Under the pieces are notes generated by a model that was not told the origin of the DNA, made no database searches, and worked only from the letters and a program-made list of their open reading frames with translations. This document shows positions 28,560 to 37,388 of a stretch of DNA of 64,000 bases, one piece after another; the first letter of the stretch is position 1, and every line of letters begins with the position of its first letter. Source of the DNA: a bacterium (GTDB taxonomy: Bacteria > UBA8248); assembly GCA_965219955.1 (NCBI GenBank), contig OZ244799.1, positions 4,032,001 to 4,096,000 on the forward strand, read 5' to 3'. A program made the position numbers and the translations under genes.

Positions 28560-29834
28560 CTACTTCAGAACCGCGTTGATCTGCTTGCAGGCGTCCCCCA
28601 TGGCCTGCTTCGCGCTCTTCTTCTTCTGCAGGTAGTTGATGACCTCCTTCGAGGTGACGTCGCTTATCTCGGACGCGCGCGGATGCTGCGCCGCGCCGCT
28701 GCCCCGGCTGATGGCGGTCAGCCACGCCTTCGCCACCGGGAACTTCTTGAGATATTCCGCGTTGTTGTAGACCGAACTGCGGACGGGACCGTTCGCCCAG
28801 TTGAGGGCGCCCCGGAGCTGGTTCTTCTTGTTGGAGAGCGCCATCATGAGCTCCCACGCCGCCGCCTTGTTCTTGCTCTTCTTGTCCATGACGAGGTGCC
28901 AGCCGCCGTTCAGCGTGGCGCCCCGGTTCTTGCCGTCCAGCGTGGGGACGAGGAAGTAGCCCAGCTTGTCGGCCGTCTTGGATTTCTTGGGGTTGGTCAT
29001 CAGGCCCCAGTAGGGGGAGAAGTAGACCCCCATCGCGGCGCGGCCCTGCATCATGGCGTTCCGGTATTCGTCGCGGCCCCAGGCCAGCATGTCGGGCGGG
29101 GACCAGCCGCTGCGGAAGGGCTTGCCGAAGACCTCGAGCAGCTTGATCGAATCGGCGCGGTCGAGCAGGCAGGTCTTGTTGTCGGCGGAGAGTACGCCGT
29201 GGCCCGAGCTGTGGAGATAGCGCAGAAAGTCCTGCTCCACGTGGACGCCCGGTTTTCCGCGCTGCACGACGCCGTAGACCTTGCCGGGCTGGTTCAGCTT
29301 CTCGGCCGCTGCGAGGAACTCGTCCCAGGTCTTGGGAATCGCGACCTTGGCCGCCGCGAAGAGGTCCTTGCGGTAGTAGACGATGCCCGTTCCCGTCCGG
29401 TAGGGAACGCCGTAGGCGGGGCCTTTCGGCTTGGGAAAGCGGGTCGTGCCCGAGAGGGCGGGGATGAGGTCCCCGTAGTCGTAACCCTTGGGCGCGTTCT
29501 TGATGTAGTTGTCCAGCGGTTCGAGGAAGCCGATGGTCTCGGGGTTGACCCAAGCGTCCACCCAGGACACCACGTCGAACTGCCCGCCCCCGGCCGCGAA
29601 GGAGAGCACCGCCTTGTCCTTGATCTTCCCGTAGGGGGTGGTCACCACGGTCACCTTGATGCCCTTTTCCTTCTCGAGGTCTGCCACCACGCCCTTGGGA
29701 CCCCCCGCCGCCTTGAACAGGGTCGGGTGGATGAGGAGGGTGACATTCTTGGCCGCCGCTGCGGGCAGCGCGAGCCCCGCCACAAAGGCGGCCACGGCGA
29801 TAATGCTGAATAGCCAGCGTCCGGTACGTTTCAT
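28560..29834 (-). CDS. Sugar ABC transporter substrate-binding protein
   Basis: Signal peptide, YYRKDLF, PKTWDEF, GGWHL, KAAAWE. Confidence 0.92.
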   Translation of the reverse strand: MKRTGRWLFSIIAVAAFVAGLALPAAAAKNVTLLIHPTLFKAAGGPKGVVADLEKEKGIKVTVVTTPYGKIKDKAVLSFAAGGGQFDVVSWVDAWVNPETIGFLEPLDNYIKNAPKGYDYGDLIPALSGTTRFPKPKGPAYGVPYRTGTGIVYYRKDLFAAAKVAIPKTWDEFLAAAEKLNQPGKVYGVVQRGKPGVHVEQDFLRYLHSSGHGVLSADNKTCLLDRADSIKLLEVFGKPFRSGWSPPDMLAWGRDEYRNAMMQGRAAMGVYFSPYWGLMTNPKKSKTADKLGYFLVPTLDGKNRGATLNGGWHLVMDKKSKNKAAAWELMMALSNKKNQLRGALNWANGPVRSSVYNNAEYLKKFPVAKAWLTAISRGSGAAQHPRASEISDVTSKEVINYLQKKKSAKQAMGDACKQINAVLK

Positions 29835-29886
29835 CGTTTCTCCTCCTTTTTCTGGGTGATCGGATGATGCGTATTCAAAAGAGCGG

Positions 29887-31272
29887 TCACACGACCGCTC
29901 CGTCCTGACGAAGTTTTTCCCTGAGCGGCTCGACCGGCAACTCGCGCGGGGTCGTCCTGCGCTCCACGCACATGGCCGCCGCCGTGCCCGCCGCCTGCCC
30001 GATGGTCATGATGTGGGCCTGGTTGCGCACGGAGCCGTTCGCGAAGCGGTCGCTCGAGACGGGCCGGCCCGCCACGAGGCAGTTCTCGATTTTCTGCGGG
30101 AGCATGACGCCGTAGGGAATGCCGTAGGCCTCCCCGTCCCTGACGTGCTTGTGCTCGATGACGCCGGTGGGCTGGTGGACGTCCAGGCAGTAGGCCCCCT
30201 GGCCGATGTCGCGCGGACCCTTGCGCGCATCGATGCAGTCCTCGTCCGTGAGGGTCTCCTCCCCGATGATGCGGCGCGTCTCGCGCACCCCGATGGCCGA
30301 GGCCGAGTCGATCACGTAGCACTCCTCGAAGCCGGGGGCGTATTTGCGGTAGAAATCGCGCACCTTGAATATCTGCTCGCGGCCCTCGATGGCGACCTGG
30401 TTCAGATCGTCGTTGTCGACGCCGCTGTAGCCGAGCATGCTCGTCGAGTTGATGGTGACGACCCCGGGCGTGGTGGTGACGGAGAACACCACGCGCTGGC
30501 GGTTCGGGTGGAACTCGCCGCGCGACTGGGCGAGCTTGACCGACTCGTAATAGCCGGTCACGAGGGGGTAGTCCTTGTGCGTGCGCAGCCCTGCGGCTAT
30601 CTCCTCGCGGGACTTGCCGATGTAGGGGTCCTCGCCGAGCATGAAGTTGGTCGGGTTCTCCTTCACGTGCCGGAGGTGGCGGTCCAGGTCCACGTTCCCC
30701 ATGCGCGAGAAGAGGCTGATGGACATCATCTTCCCCTCCGTATCACCGAGGTGGAAGGGCGCGCCCGCCTGTGCGGCGATGTCGGCGTCCCCGCTCGCGT
30801 CGATGACGACCTTCGCGCGTATCTCGCTCTCCCCGCTCTTGTTCACGATGCGCGCGCCGGCCACCCGGTCGCCGTCCATAATTGGCCCGATGGTGTAGGT
30901 GTTCAGCACCAGGTCCACGCCCGCCTCCAGGCAGAGCTTCTGGTTCACGAGCTTGAGCACCTCGCCGTCCTGGGGCGTCACGGAGTAGGAGTTGCCGTAG
31001 GCGTTGTGGAGGTGGCCCTCGGGAAAGGCGCCGCCCAGTTTGATGAGCTCGTCCACGATCTCCTGGGGGATGCCGTTGCAGATCTGCTCCCCCTTCATGT
31101 TGTGGAAGGTGAGGAAGTTGCCGAGAAGGCCCGCTGTCGCGTTGCCCCCCAGGAAGGCGTAGCGGTCCGTGAGGACCGTCCGCGCGCCGCCCCGCGCCGC
31201 GGCGATGGCGGCGCACACACCGGCCATGCCCGCTCCGACTACGAGAACGTCGACGTTGCTCCTGTCCGCCAT
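29887..31272 (-). CDS. FAD-dependent oxidoreductase (FAD_oxidored family)
   Basis: VVGAGMAG, LGGNATAG, IDASGDAD, GVRETRRIIG, YGIPY, GQAAG. Confidence 0.9.
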   Translation of the reverse strand: MADRSNVDVLVVGAGMAGVCAAIAAARGGARTVLTDRYAFLGGNATAGLLGNFLTFHNMKGEQICNGIPQEIVDELIKLGGAFPEGHLHNAYGNSYSVTPQDGEVLKLVNQKLCLEAGVDLVLNTYTIGPIMDGDRVAGARIVNKSGESEIRAKVVIDASGDADIAAQAGAPFHLGDTEGKMMSISLFSRMGNVDLDRHLRHVKENPTNFMLGEDPYIGKSREEIAAGLRTHKDYPLVTGYYESVKLAQSRGEFHPNRQRVVFSVTTTPGVVTINSTSMLGYSGVDNDDLNQVAIEGREQIFKVRDFYRKYAPGFEECYVIDSASAIGVRETRRIIGEETLTDEDCIDARKGPRDIGQGAYCLDVHQPTGVIEHKHVRDGEAYGIPYGVMLPQKIENCLVAGRPVSSDRFANGSVRNQAHIMTIGQAAGTAAAMCVERRTTPRELPVEPLREKLRQDGAVV

Positions 31273-31378
31273 GGGCGTCTCCTTTTCTGGAATGATATGC
31301 TTCGGCTGACGACCTTCCGGCCGGTCAGTTTATGAATCCCTATCCGTGGCAAACTCTCTCAATGATCGAAAACGGCCC

Positions 31379-31444
31379 GTAGGGACAACCCTCCGTGGTT
31401 GTCCTTTGTCAGAACGTCGGACAGGCACGGAGGCCTGTCCCTAC
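31379..31444. repeat. GTAG REP doublet
   Basis: GTAGGGACAACCCTCCGTGGTTGTCC...GGACAGGCACGGAGGCCTGTCCCTAC. Confidence 0.8.
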
Positions 31445-31570
31445 AAAAACCGCCCTCTCCCCGGTCGGGTTTCAATATCACTCCCCCCTTGAGGGTCGAT
31501 TCCGACCGAAGAGGGGTTTTTCTGTAATCGAGCCTCCCCGTCTCCCTAACCCTGGGTAGTCCCATATCGA

Positions 31571-32001
31571 CCTCACCCTGAGTAGCCGCCGAAGGCGGCG
31601 TATCGAAGGGCGGCCCCGAACCCATCGAAAGAAGCGCCCCTCACCCTTTTCGTTTGAAATCCTTCTTCGCCGCCCGCTTCAACCGCTCCCAGTCGCCGTC
31701 GATCAGGGCGAGTTTCTTCCGGCGCGACCACCCCTTGATTCGCCGTTCCGCCTCTATGGCCGCCTCGGCGCTGTGAAACTCCTGATGCCAGGCAAGTTCG
31801 ACCGGCCTTCGCGTGGCCGTATAACCACCAAGTGCGCCGCTGTTGTGATCGCCGACGCGCTCTTCAAGTGGCCGCCGGGTAACGCCGGTATAGAAACTGC
31901 CGTCCGCGCAACGCAACATGTAGACGAACATCGTCGGCTCGCGTGGTGACACGCCTCCCGTCCTTCGATACGGCGCGCAAGCGCGCCTACTCAGGATGAG
32001 G
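31571..32001. mobile_element. Candidate element: GIY-YIG gene bracketed by about 40-bp inverted hairpin repeats
   Basis: 31571-31610 CCTCACCCTGAGTAGCCGCCGAAGGCGGCGTATCGAAGG matches the reverse complement of 31962-32001 outside the internal hairpin. Confidence 0.65.
31641..31952 (-). CDS. GIY-YIG nuclease (UPF0213/YhbQ-like)
   Basis: FVYMLRCADGSFYTGVT, R..DHNSG, YTATRRPV, AERRIKGWSRRKK. Confidence 0.93.
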   Translation of the reverse strand: MSPREPTMFVYMLRCADGSFYTGVTRRPLEERVGDHNSGALGGYTATRRPVELAWHQEFHSAEAAIEAERRIKGWSRRKKLALIDGDWERLKRAAKKDFKRKG

Positions 32002-32167
32002 CTTGGTTGCGGCGTGCGCTGCGTGACCCGTCATACGTCCGTTCTCGAAGCCGGTTTTTTCAACAGCCCCTTGTCAGAGGGCTTTCTTGAGCGTCGCGCC
32101 GCTATCATTCCCTTCCTTTTCTCCCTCCGTGAAGCTCCGCCGGGAGGCGTTTCCCGCATCCTCCTCC

Positions 32168-33202
32168 CTAATCCCGAACCGCCTTCGTGACCGCGCGGGT
32201 TTCGCCGTAGGTGGGGAAGAAGAGCGTGTGGCTCCCCGGACCCCCGGCCACACTGATGAGTATGCTCTCCGGCCCGTCCGCCACCGGAACGGCGTCGGGT
32301 TCCGTGCCCTCGAAAAGTCCGGGCCTTCTGCCCCGCACGCGCTCGGCGATCTCGGGCGAAAAACTCGTAAGCGGCACGCGCGCCCCCTCAAAGAGCGCGC
32401 GCTGGGCGTCCTCACGGCTCATGCCGCCCGCCTCAAGCAGCCCCAGGTGCTGGGGGCTGATGACGACCAACACCTCGCCGCCGCCCTGGGCGTTGTTCGA
32501 ACCGGGGTAGGACATCGTGGCGGTTATCATGCGGAGCACGCTTTCGGCGCTTCCGCTCGCGTAATCGTTCACGTTCACAGGCGCGTCCGCAGCCACGACC
32601 GTCACCGCGCTCTGTTCCGCACGGAACCCCCGCGTCGCGTGGAGCGGCTCCCAGCCGCAGGCCGCCTCGGCGAAACACGCGGAGAACTTGCCCCCGTGGC
32701 CGAAGGTGGCCATGTCGGTCTCGCCGGGCACCGCCATCCCCAGCCGCACGGCGGCCAGGCGGACGGCGCGGCCGATGGCGGCGTTCGCCCGGAAGCCCGG
32801 CCCCAGGCACCCGCTGCCCGAATGCACGCCGAGGCGCTCGGCTATCGGCCCGTGGACGATGACCAGGGGCGAGGCGAGCTCGGTGGTCGCCTGGATGGCC
32901 AGAAAATTGAACTCGGGCTCCATGACGGCTTCGAGCGCCGCCAGGACCACCGGAAAATACGAAGGCTTGCACCCTGCGGCCACCGCGCAGACGGCCGCAT
33001 CCTCGACCGTCACGTCCACCATGCCGGGCGCCATCATCCCCAGGACGTGGCCGGAACCCTCCTGGACGGAAGCGAGCATGGCGTCCACCGCTCTCCGGGT
33101 CGGCGGGATGAGGGGAAGGCCGTCGCCCGGCCCGTTCTCCATCGCGGCTTCGAGCGCGGCCTCCGCACCCGGCGAGAGTTCGCTCAGGAGCGCCCCGGGC
33201 AT
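32168..33202 (-). CDS. Hypothetical protein of the type associated with UGSC selenoproteins
   Basis: DGLPLIPPT, AVAAGC..P.YFPVV, GPG..ANAAIGRA; paralogous to the C-terminal part of the upstream gene. Confidence 0.75.
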   Translation of the reverse strand: MPGALLSELSPGAEAALEAAMENGPGDGLPLIPPTRRAVDAMLASVQEGSGHVLGMMAPGMVDVTVEDAAVCAVAAGCKPSYFPVVLAALEAVMEPEFNFLAIQATTELASPLVIVHGPIAERLGVHSGSGCLGPGFRANAAIGRAVRLAAVRLGMAVPGETDMATFGHGGKFSACFAEAACGWEPLHATRGFRAEQSAVTVVAADAPVNVNDYASGSAESVLRMITATMSYPGSNNAQGGGEVLVVISPQHLGLLEAGGMSREDAQRALFEGARVPLTSFSPEIAERVRGRRPGLFEGTEPDAVPVADGPESILISVAGGPGSHTLFFPTYGETRAVTKAVRD

Positions 33203-33205
33203 GGC

Positions 33206-34816
33206 CTAGTCTATCTTCCGCGTTACGGAGCTGTGGTTCAGCGCGCCGGGCGCCATGAGCGAGTTCGGCCCCGCGCCGCCGTGCACCAGGATGGTGATGT
33301 CCTCCCTCTCCTCGACGATGGGCAGGGTCGCGTTCTCCATCGTGTTCACACCGTAGAGCATCTGCTTCCAGTCGCTCCAGCGCTCGCGCGATTCGGGGGG
33401 ATAGGTGTTGACCGGAATCCGGTGGACCTCGCAGAGGTAATCGCGCACGAGCTTCTTGTCGAACCCCGCTTCCGCGACCTTGTTCGCGTGGGTGGGGCCG
33501 AAGATGAGCATGATCTCGCAGCGGCCGAACTGCGGCCGCGTGCCCGAGCAGGCGGCCACGGTGCCGAAGGTGCCCAGGATACCCTGCGCGGTGAGCGCGC
33601 TGTGGTCGTCCACCATGTGGAGGGGCTCGGCGGTGAACACCGTCACCACGCTGTCAGATTCTGAAAAACCCTTCTCCACGTGGAGCGGCTCCCAGGGGCT
33701 CTGCTCGATGTTCTCGGTGATGGCGTCGAAATACTTGGCGAAGTGGCCCTGGCAGGTGGCGCCCCTGTTTTCGAGGTCGCCGATGCAGTTGAACATGATG
33801 AGCTTGATCGCGCGGCCGACCGAGGCGTTCACCCCCCAGCCCGCTGCGCTCAGGTCGCGCCCGTCGCTCATCCCGACCTCGCGCGCGATGGGGCCGCTCA
33901 CGACGACGATGGGGAAAAGCGTGTGCGCCGTGGTGATGACGTGGTTGACGTGGTATTCCTCCGCCCCCATGGCCTGCACCGCCGTCACGAGGATGGGCAT
34001 GACGCCCGGCGTACAGCCCGCCATGATGGCGTTGGCCGCGATCCGCTCCACGGTGATGTCCGCCAGCCTCGGCATGAGGCGGGCGACCACCTCATCTCCC
34101 TTTCTGCCCGAGGCCGCCACGAACCGCTCCACCATATCCAGCGTGGGGGGGATGACGGGCATCCCGTCCGTCGCCCCCAGATCGAAGAGCGCTCCGTTCG
34201 CACCGATGGGGTCTCCTGCGATGGAGAGGACCCGCTCGATGGGGTCATCGGCGACGGCTGCGGCCTCTCCCCCGTTCGCCGTGTTCATCCACTCGGCGGC
34301 CACCGTATCCACGCCGTTTTTCGCCATGCGCATCAGGGCGTCGCCGCCCTGGTGGGCCACGGTGTCGTCCACGAGGAGAAGGCGGAGATGGGGGGATTTG
34401 TAGGCCTTGGCGAAGCTGCGCGCCGCCGTTTCGAAACCGTTGCCCACCACCACGACGGTGGGGACGCCGCGTTTTTCCAGCTCGGCCGAGTCGTGGACAC
34501 TCCACGACGTGCAGCCCCCTCAGACCCCGAAGCCGGTCACCGCCACGTCGCAGTTCGACGCTATCTCGTCGAGCGTCTCCTCGCCTGCGCCCTGCGCGGC
34601 CCAGCCCTTCTTGTGCACCAGGAGCTTCGCGTCGTGCCGCTCGGCGAAGACCTCGCCGACGTGGCTCAGAAAATCGCCCGCGTGGGGCATGGAGTTGTCG
34701 AGAAGCGCGATGCGGAGCCCGTCCAGGCCCGTCACGGCGGCGCCCGCGGCGGGGCCGTCGTCCTGGGCCACGGCTGCGATGGGGTTGATGATCTCGATGC
34801 GAGCGTTCTCGCCCAT
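33206..34816 (-). CDS. UGSC-family selenoprotein (U-G-G-C; TGA at 34520-34522) fused to a DGxPxxPPT domain
   Basis: ORFs 34520-34870 and 33206-34453 are in frame: LLDNS..CDVAVTGFGV-U-GGCTSWSVHDSAELEKRGVPTV; hairpin GTCGTGGA-GTG-TCCACGAC 11 nt after the TGA. Confidence 0.85.
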
Positions 34817-35055
34817 AGATAGACTCCCTCCGAATGCGCGGGAACACGAACACCGCGCTTTGGGGCTCAACCGGCGATCCGATGGTCTGCGTAGATGGAT
34901 CAGTTATAAACGGGAATCCGATGCGATGTCAATTATTCCGGGGGTGCGTACGGTGGCGCTCCCCGGCATGGGGATGGGCATGAGGCATGGCGTGTTGCGT
35001 CCGTCGCCAGGGGCTGCGAGAAATTCGGCTGGTCTACCGGGCTGCCTGAATTCAT

Positions 35056-35141
35056 TGACGAAGGATGAGAGATTCAAACCCCCGGAACATTCGCTCAATG
35101 ATTTTCAAGACCTCCGCCTTCGGCCGCTCGATCATCCCTCA
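35056..35141 (-). pseudogene. Decayed full-length copy of tRNA-Ser(TGA)
   Basis: Ungapped 72/86 match to 54377-54462; CCA end and TTCGA loop mutated. Confidence 0.85.
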
Positions 35142-35220
35142 GTCCAGGGTGCGAATGGCCTTCAGGTGAACCAGCGCGAACTTTCTTGCAACATGTCGTG
35201 TATCATGCAATGATCCCGCT

Positions 35221-35787
35221 ATGAGGATTGCGCGCAAGGGACTGCGGCGGTTGTACGAGAGCGATGACGCGCGTTATTTGAACCCCGAGCACCTCGGGCG
35301 CATCCGCCGCATGTTGTCCGACCTGGACGCGGCGAGGCAGCCCCGCGACCTGGAATGGCCCGGTTACCGCCTGCATCCGATGACCGGCGACATGGGTGGC
35401 TATTGGAGTATGCGCGTCTCCGCCAACTGGCGTATCGTCTTTCGCTTCGCCGACGGCGAAGCCGTCGATGTAGACTTGATCGACTACCACCAGGAGGAAA
35501 CATCCGATGCCCATGCTCAACCCGACGCATCCCGGCGAGAGCATCCGAGAAGCCTTGAAGGCCGCAGAATGGACGGTGACGGATGCCGCAAAGCGGCTCG
35601 GTGTTACGCGAAATACGCTCTCGCGCCTCGTGAACGGCCGTATCGGCGTTTCACCGGAAATGGCTCTGGCCCTGGAGCGGGTCGGCTGGAGCAACGCCGA
35701 ATTCTGGATGAGAAGACAAGCCGCATACGATCTTGCGCGAGCGCGAAGCGCCCGGGATTCGGCAGCGTAACTCAACGCCCCGGGTAG
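35221..35787 (+). CDS. higB: HigB-like (RelE/ParE superfamily) toxin with lost stop codon; core domain ends at 35490
   Basis: KGLRRLYE..PGYRLHPMTGD..WSMRVSANWRIVFRF..DLIDYH followed by CAG where TAG is expected. Confidence 0.8.
   Translation: MRIARKGLRRLYESDDARYLNPEHLGRIRRMLSDLDAARQPRDLEWPGYRLHPMTGDMGGYWSMRVSANWRIVFRFADGEAVDVDLIDYHQEETSDAHAQPDASRREHPRSLEGRRMDGDGCRKAARCYAKYALAPRERPYRRFTGNGSGPGAGRLEQRRILDEKTSRIRSCASAKRPGFGSVTQRPG
35507..35770 (+). CDS. higA: HigA antitoxin (XRE HTH)
   Basis: PTHPGE, AAKRLGVTRNTLSRLVNG, SPEMALAL, AEFWMRRQAAYDL. Confidence 0.92.
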   Translation: MPMLNPTHPGESIREALKAAEWTVTDAAKRLGVTRNTLSRLVNGRIGVSPEMALALERVGWSNAEFWMRRQAAYDLARARSARDSAA

Positions 35788-35971
35788 CTTCGAAGCGAGT
35801 TTATGCGGTGATTCGGGGATAAGCTCGAGACCGTTTCCTCATCGCGGATGCGCCGGAACAGCTCCCGGATGCGTATCGGCAGCTTTTTCGCCCCGGTTGC
35901 CACCCAAAACCCCCTTGTGTAGTGTTGTTCGAAACATACATCTCGGAAAATCCCGCGCGGAGGAGGATGCC

Positions 35972-37360
35972 ATGGCTGCGAAGTCCAGGGTGGATGTCCT
36001 GATCGAGAACGGAACCGTCGTCACCGTGGACCCGGAGCGGCGGGTCATCCGCAAGGGCGCCGTCGCCATCACGAGGAACCGGATCAAGGACGTGGGGAAG
36101 GCTTCGGCGCTCCGGAAGAAATACGAGGCCAGGCGGACCTACGACGCCACGATGAAGCTCGTCACCCCCGGCCTGATCAACGCGCACATCCACTTCTACC
36201 ACCACATGCACCGCGGCCTCTCGCCCGAGACCCTGGCGGGGATGCCGTGGTCCGACTTCGTCCACCGCAAGGTCGCCACCATCGTGAACGCCGAGGACGA
36301 GATATGGGGCGGACTCGGCATTCTGGTCGAAACCCTGAAGACGGGGGTGACGACCTTCCTCGAGGCGGGCTCCTACAACATCGGCCCCGTCATCGAGGGC
36401 GTCTCCCGCATCGGGATGCGGGGCCTGATGGGCCGCAGGTCCTTCGACATGGTGAGCCAGGGCCACGACATGCTGGTCGACAGCACCCGGAAGTGCCTGA
36501 ACGAGAACGAGAAGTTCATGAAGGACTACCGGGGCGGGGTGGGGCTCGTGAAGCCCTGCGTCGTCGTCGTCGGGATGGGGCGCTGCTCGGACAGGCTCTA
36601 CGTCAAGTCCAGGGAGATGGCCGATAAGTACAGGACCATCCTCCACATGCACCAGGCCAACATGATCGAGAACGTCCAGGAGAGCCTGAGCATGAACGGC
36701 GCCCGCCCCATCGAGCACCTCTACAATATCGGCGTCCTCGGGAAGAACGTGGCCCTCACCCACATGGTCCACGTGAGCGCGAAGGAGATCGGGCTTCTCG
36801 CCGAGACGAAAACGAACGTGCTTCATTGTCCGAGCACCGCCATGAAGATCAGCTACGGCCTCTCCGCCTTCGGGAAGTTCCCGGAGATGATGGAGGCGGG
36901 CGTCAACGTCGCCATCGGCACCGACGCGTCGGACTGCTCGAACTTCAACGACATGGTGCGCCTCATGTACCTGGCGGCGGCGACGCCCAAGGACTACCGC
37001 TACGACCCCTCCGCCGGCAGCGCCGAGAAGGCCATCGAGATGGCGACCATCAACGGCGCGAGGGCGATGAACATGGAGCGGGAGATCGGTTCCCTGGAGC
37101 CCGGCAAGAAAGCCGACGTCGCCATCTTCGACATGAATCGGCCGGACTGGGCCCCCCTCTACAACGAGCTACAGAATTTCGTCTACTCGGCCCAGGGGGG
37201 CAGCTGCGAGAGCGTCATGGTCGACGGGAAGTTCGTGATGGAGAACCGCGAGGTCAAGACGATAGACGAGACGGAGGTCGTGGAGCGGATCGGGCGCCTT
37301 GCGAAAGGGGTCATCAAGAGGAGCAAGGTGCCGCTCTACAGCCCGTGGAAGTTCATCTAG
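35972..37360 (+). CDS. Amidohydrolase (MTA/SAH deaminase/AtzA-like)
   Basis: PGLINAHIH, LHMH, THMVH, HCPS, IGTD, GSLEPGKKAD. Confidence 0.9.
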   Translation: MAAKSRVDVLIENGTVVTVDPERRVIRKGAVAITRNRIKDVGKASALRKKYEARRTYDATMKLVTPGLINAHIHFYHHMHRGLSPETLAGMPWSDFVHRKVATIVNAEDEIWGGLGILVETLKTGVTTFLEAGSYNIGPVIEGVSRIGMRGLMGRRSFDMVSQGHDMLVDSTRKCLNENEKFMKDYRGGVGLVKPCVVVVGMGRCSDRLYVKSREMADKYRTILHMHQANMIENVQESLSMNGARPIEHLYNIGVLGKNVALTHMVHVSAKEIGLLAETKTNVLHCPSTAMKISYGLSAFGKFPEMMEAGVNVAIGTDASDCSNFNDMVRLMYLAAATPKDYRYDPSAGSAEKAIEMATINGARAMNMEREIGSLEPGKKADVAIFDMNRPDWAPLYNELQNFVYSAQGGSCESVMVDGKFVMENREVKTIDETEVVERIGRLAKGVIKRSKVPLYSPWKFI

Positions 37361-37388
37361 CCCCGGCCGCCCGGAGGAGGAGACCCTC

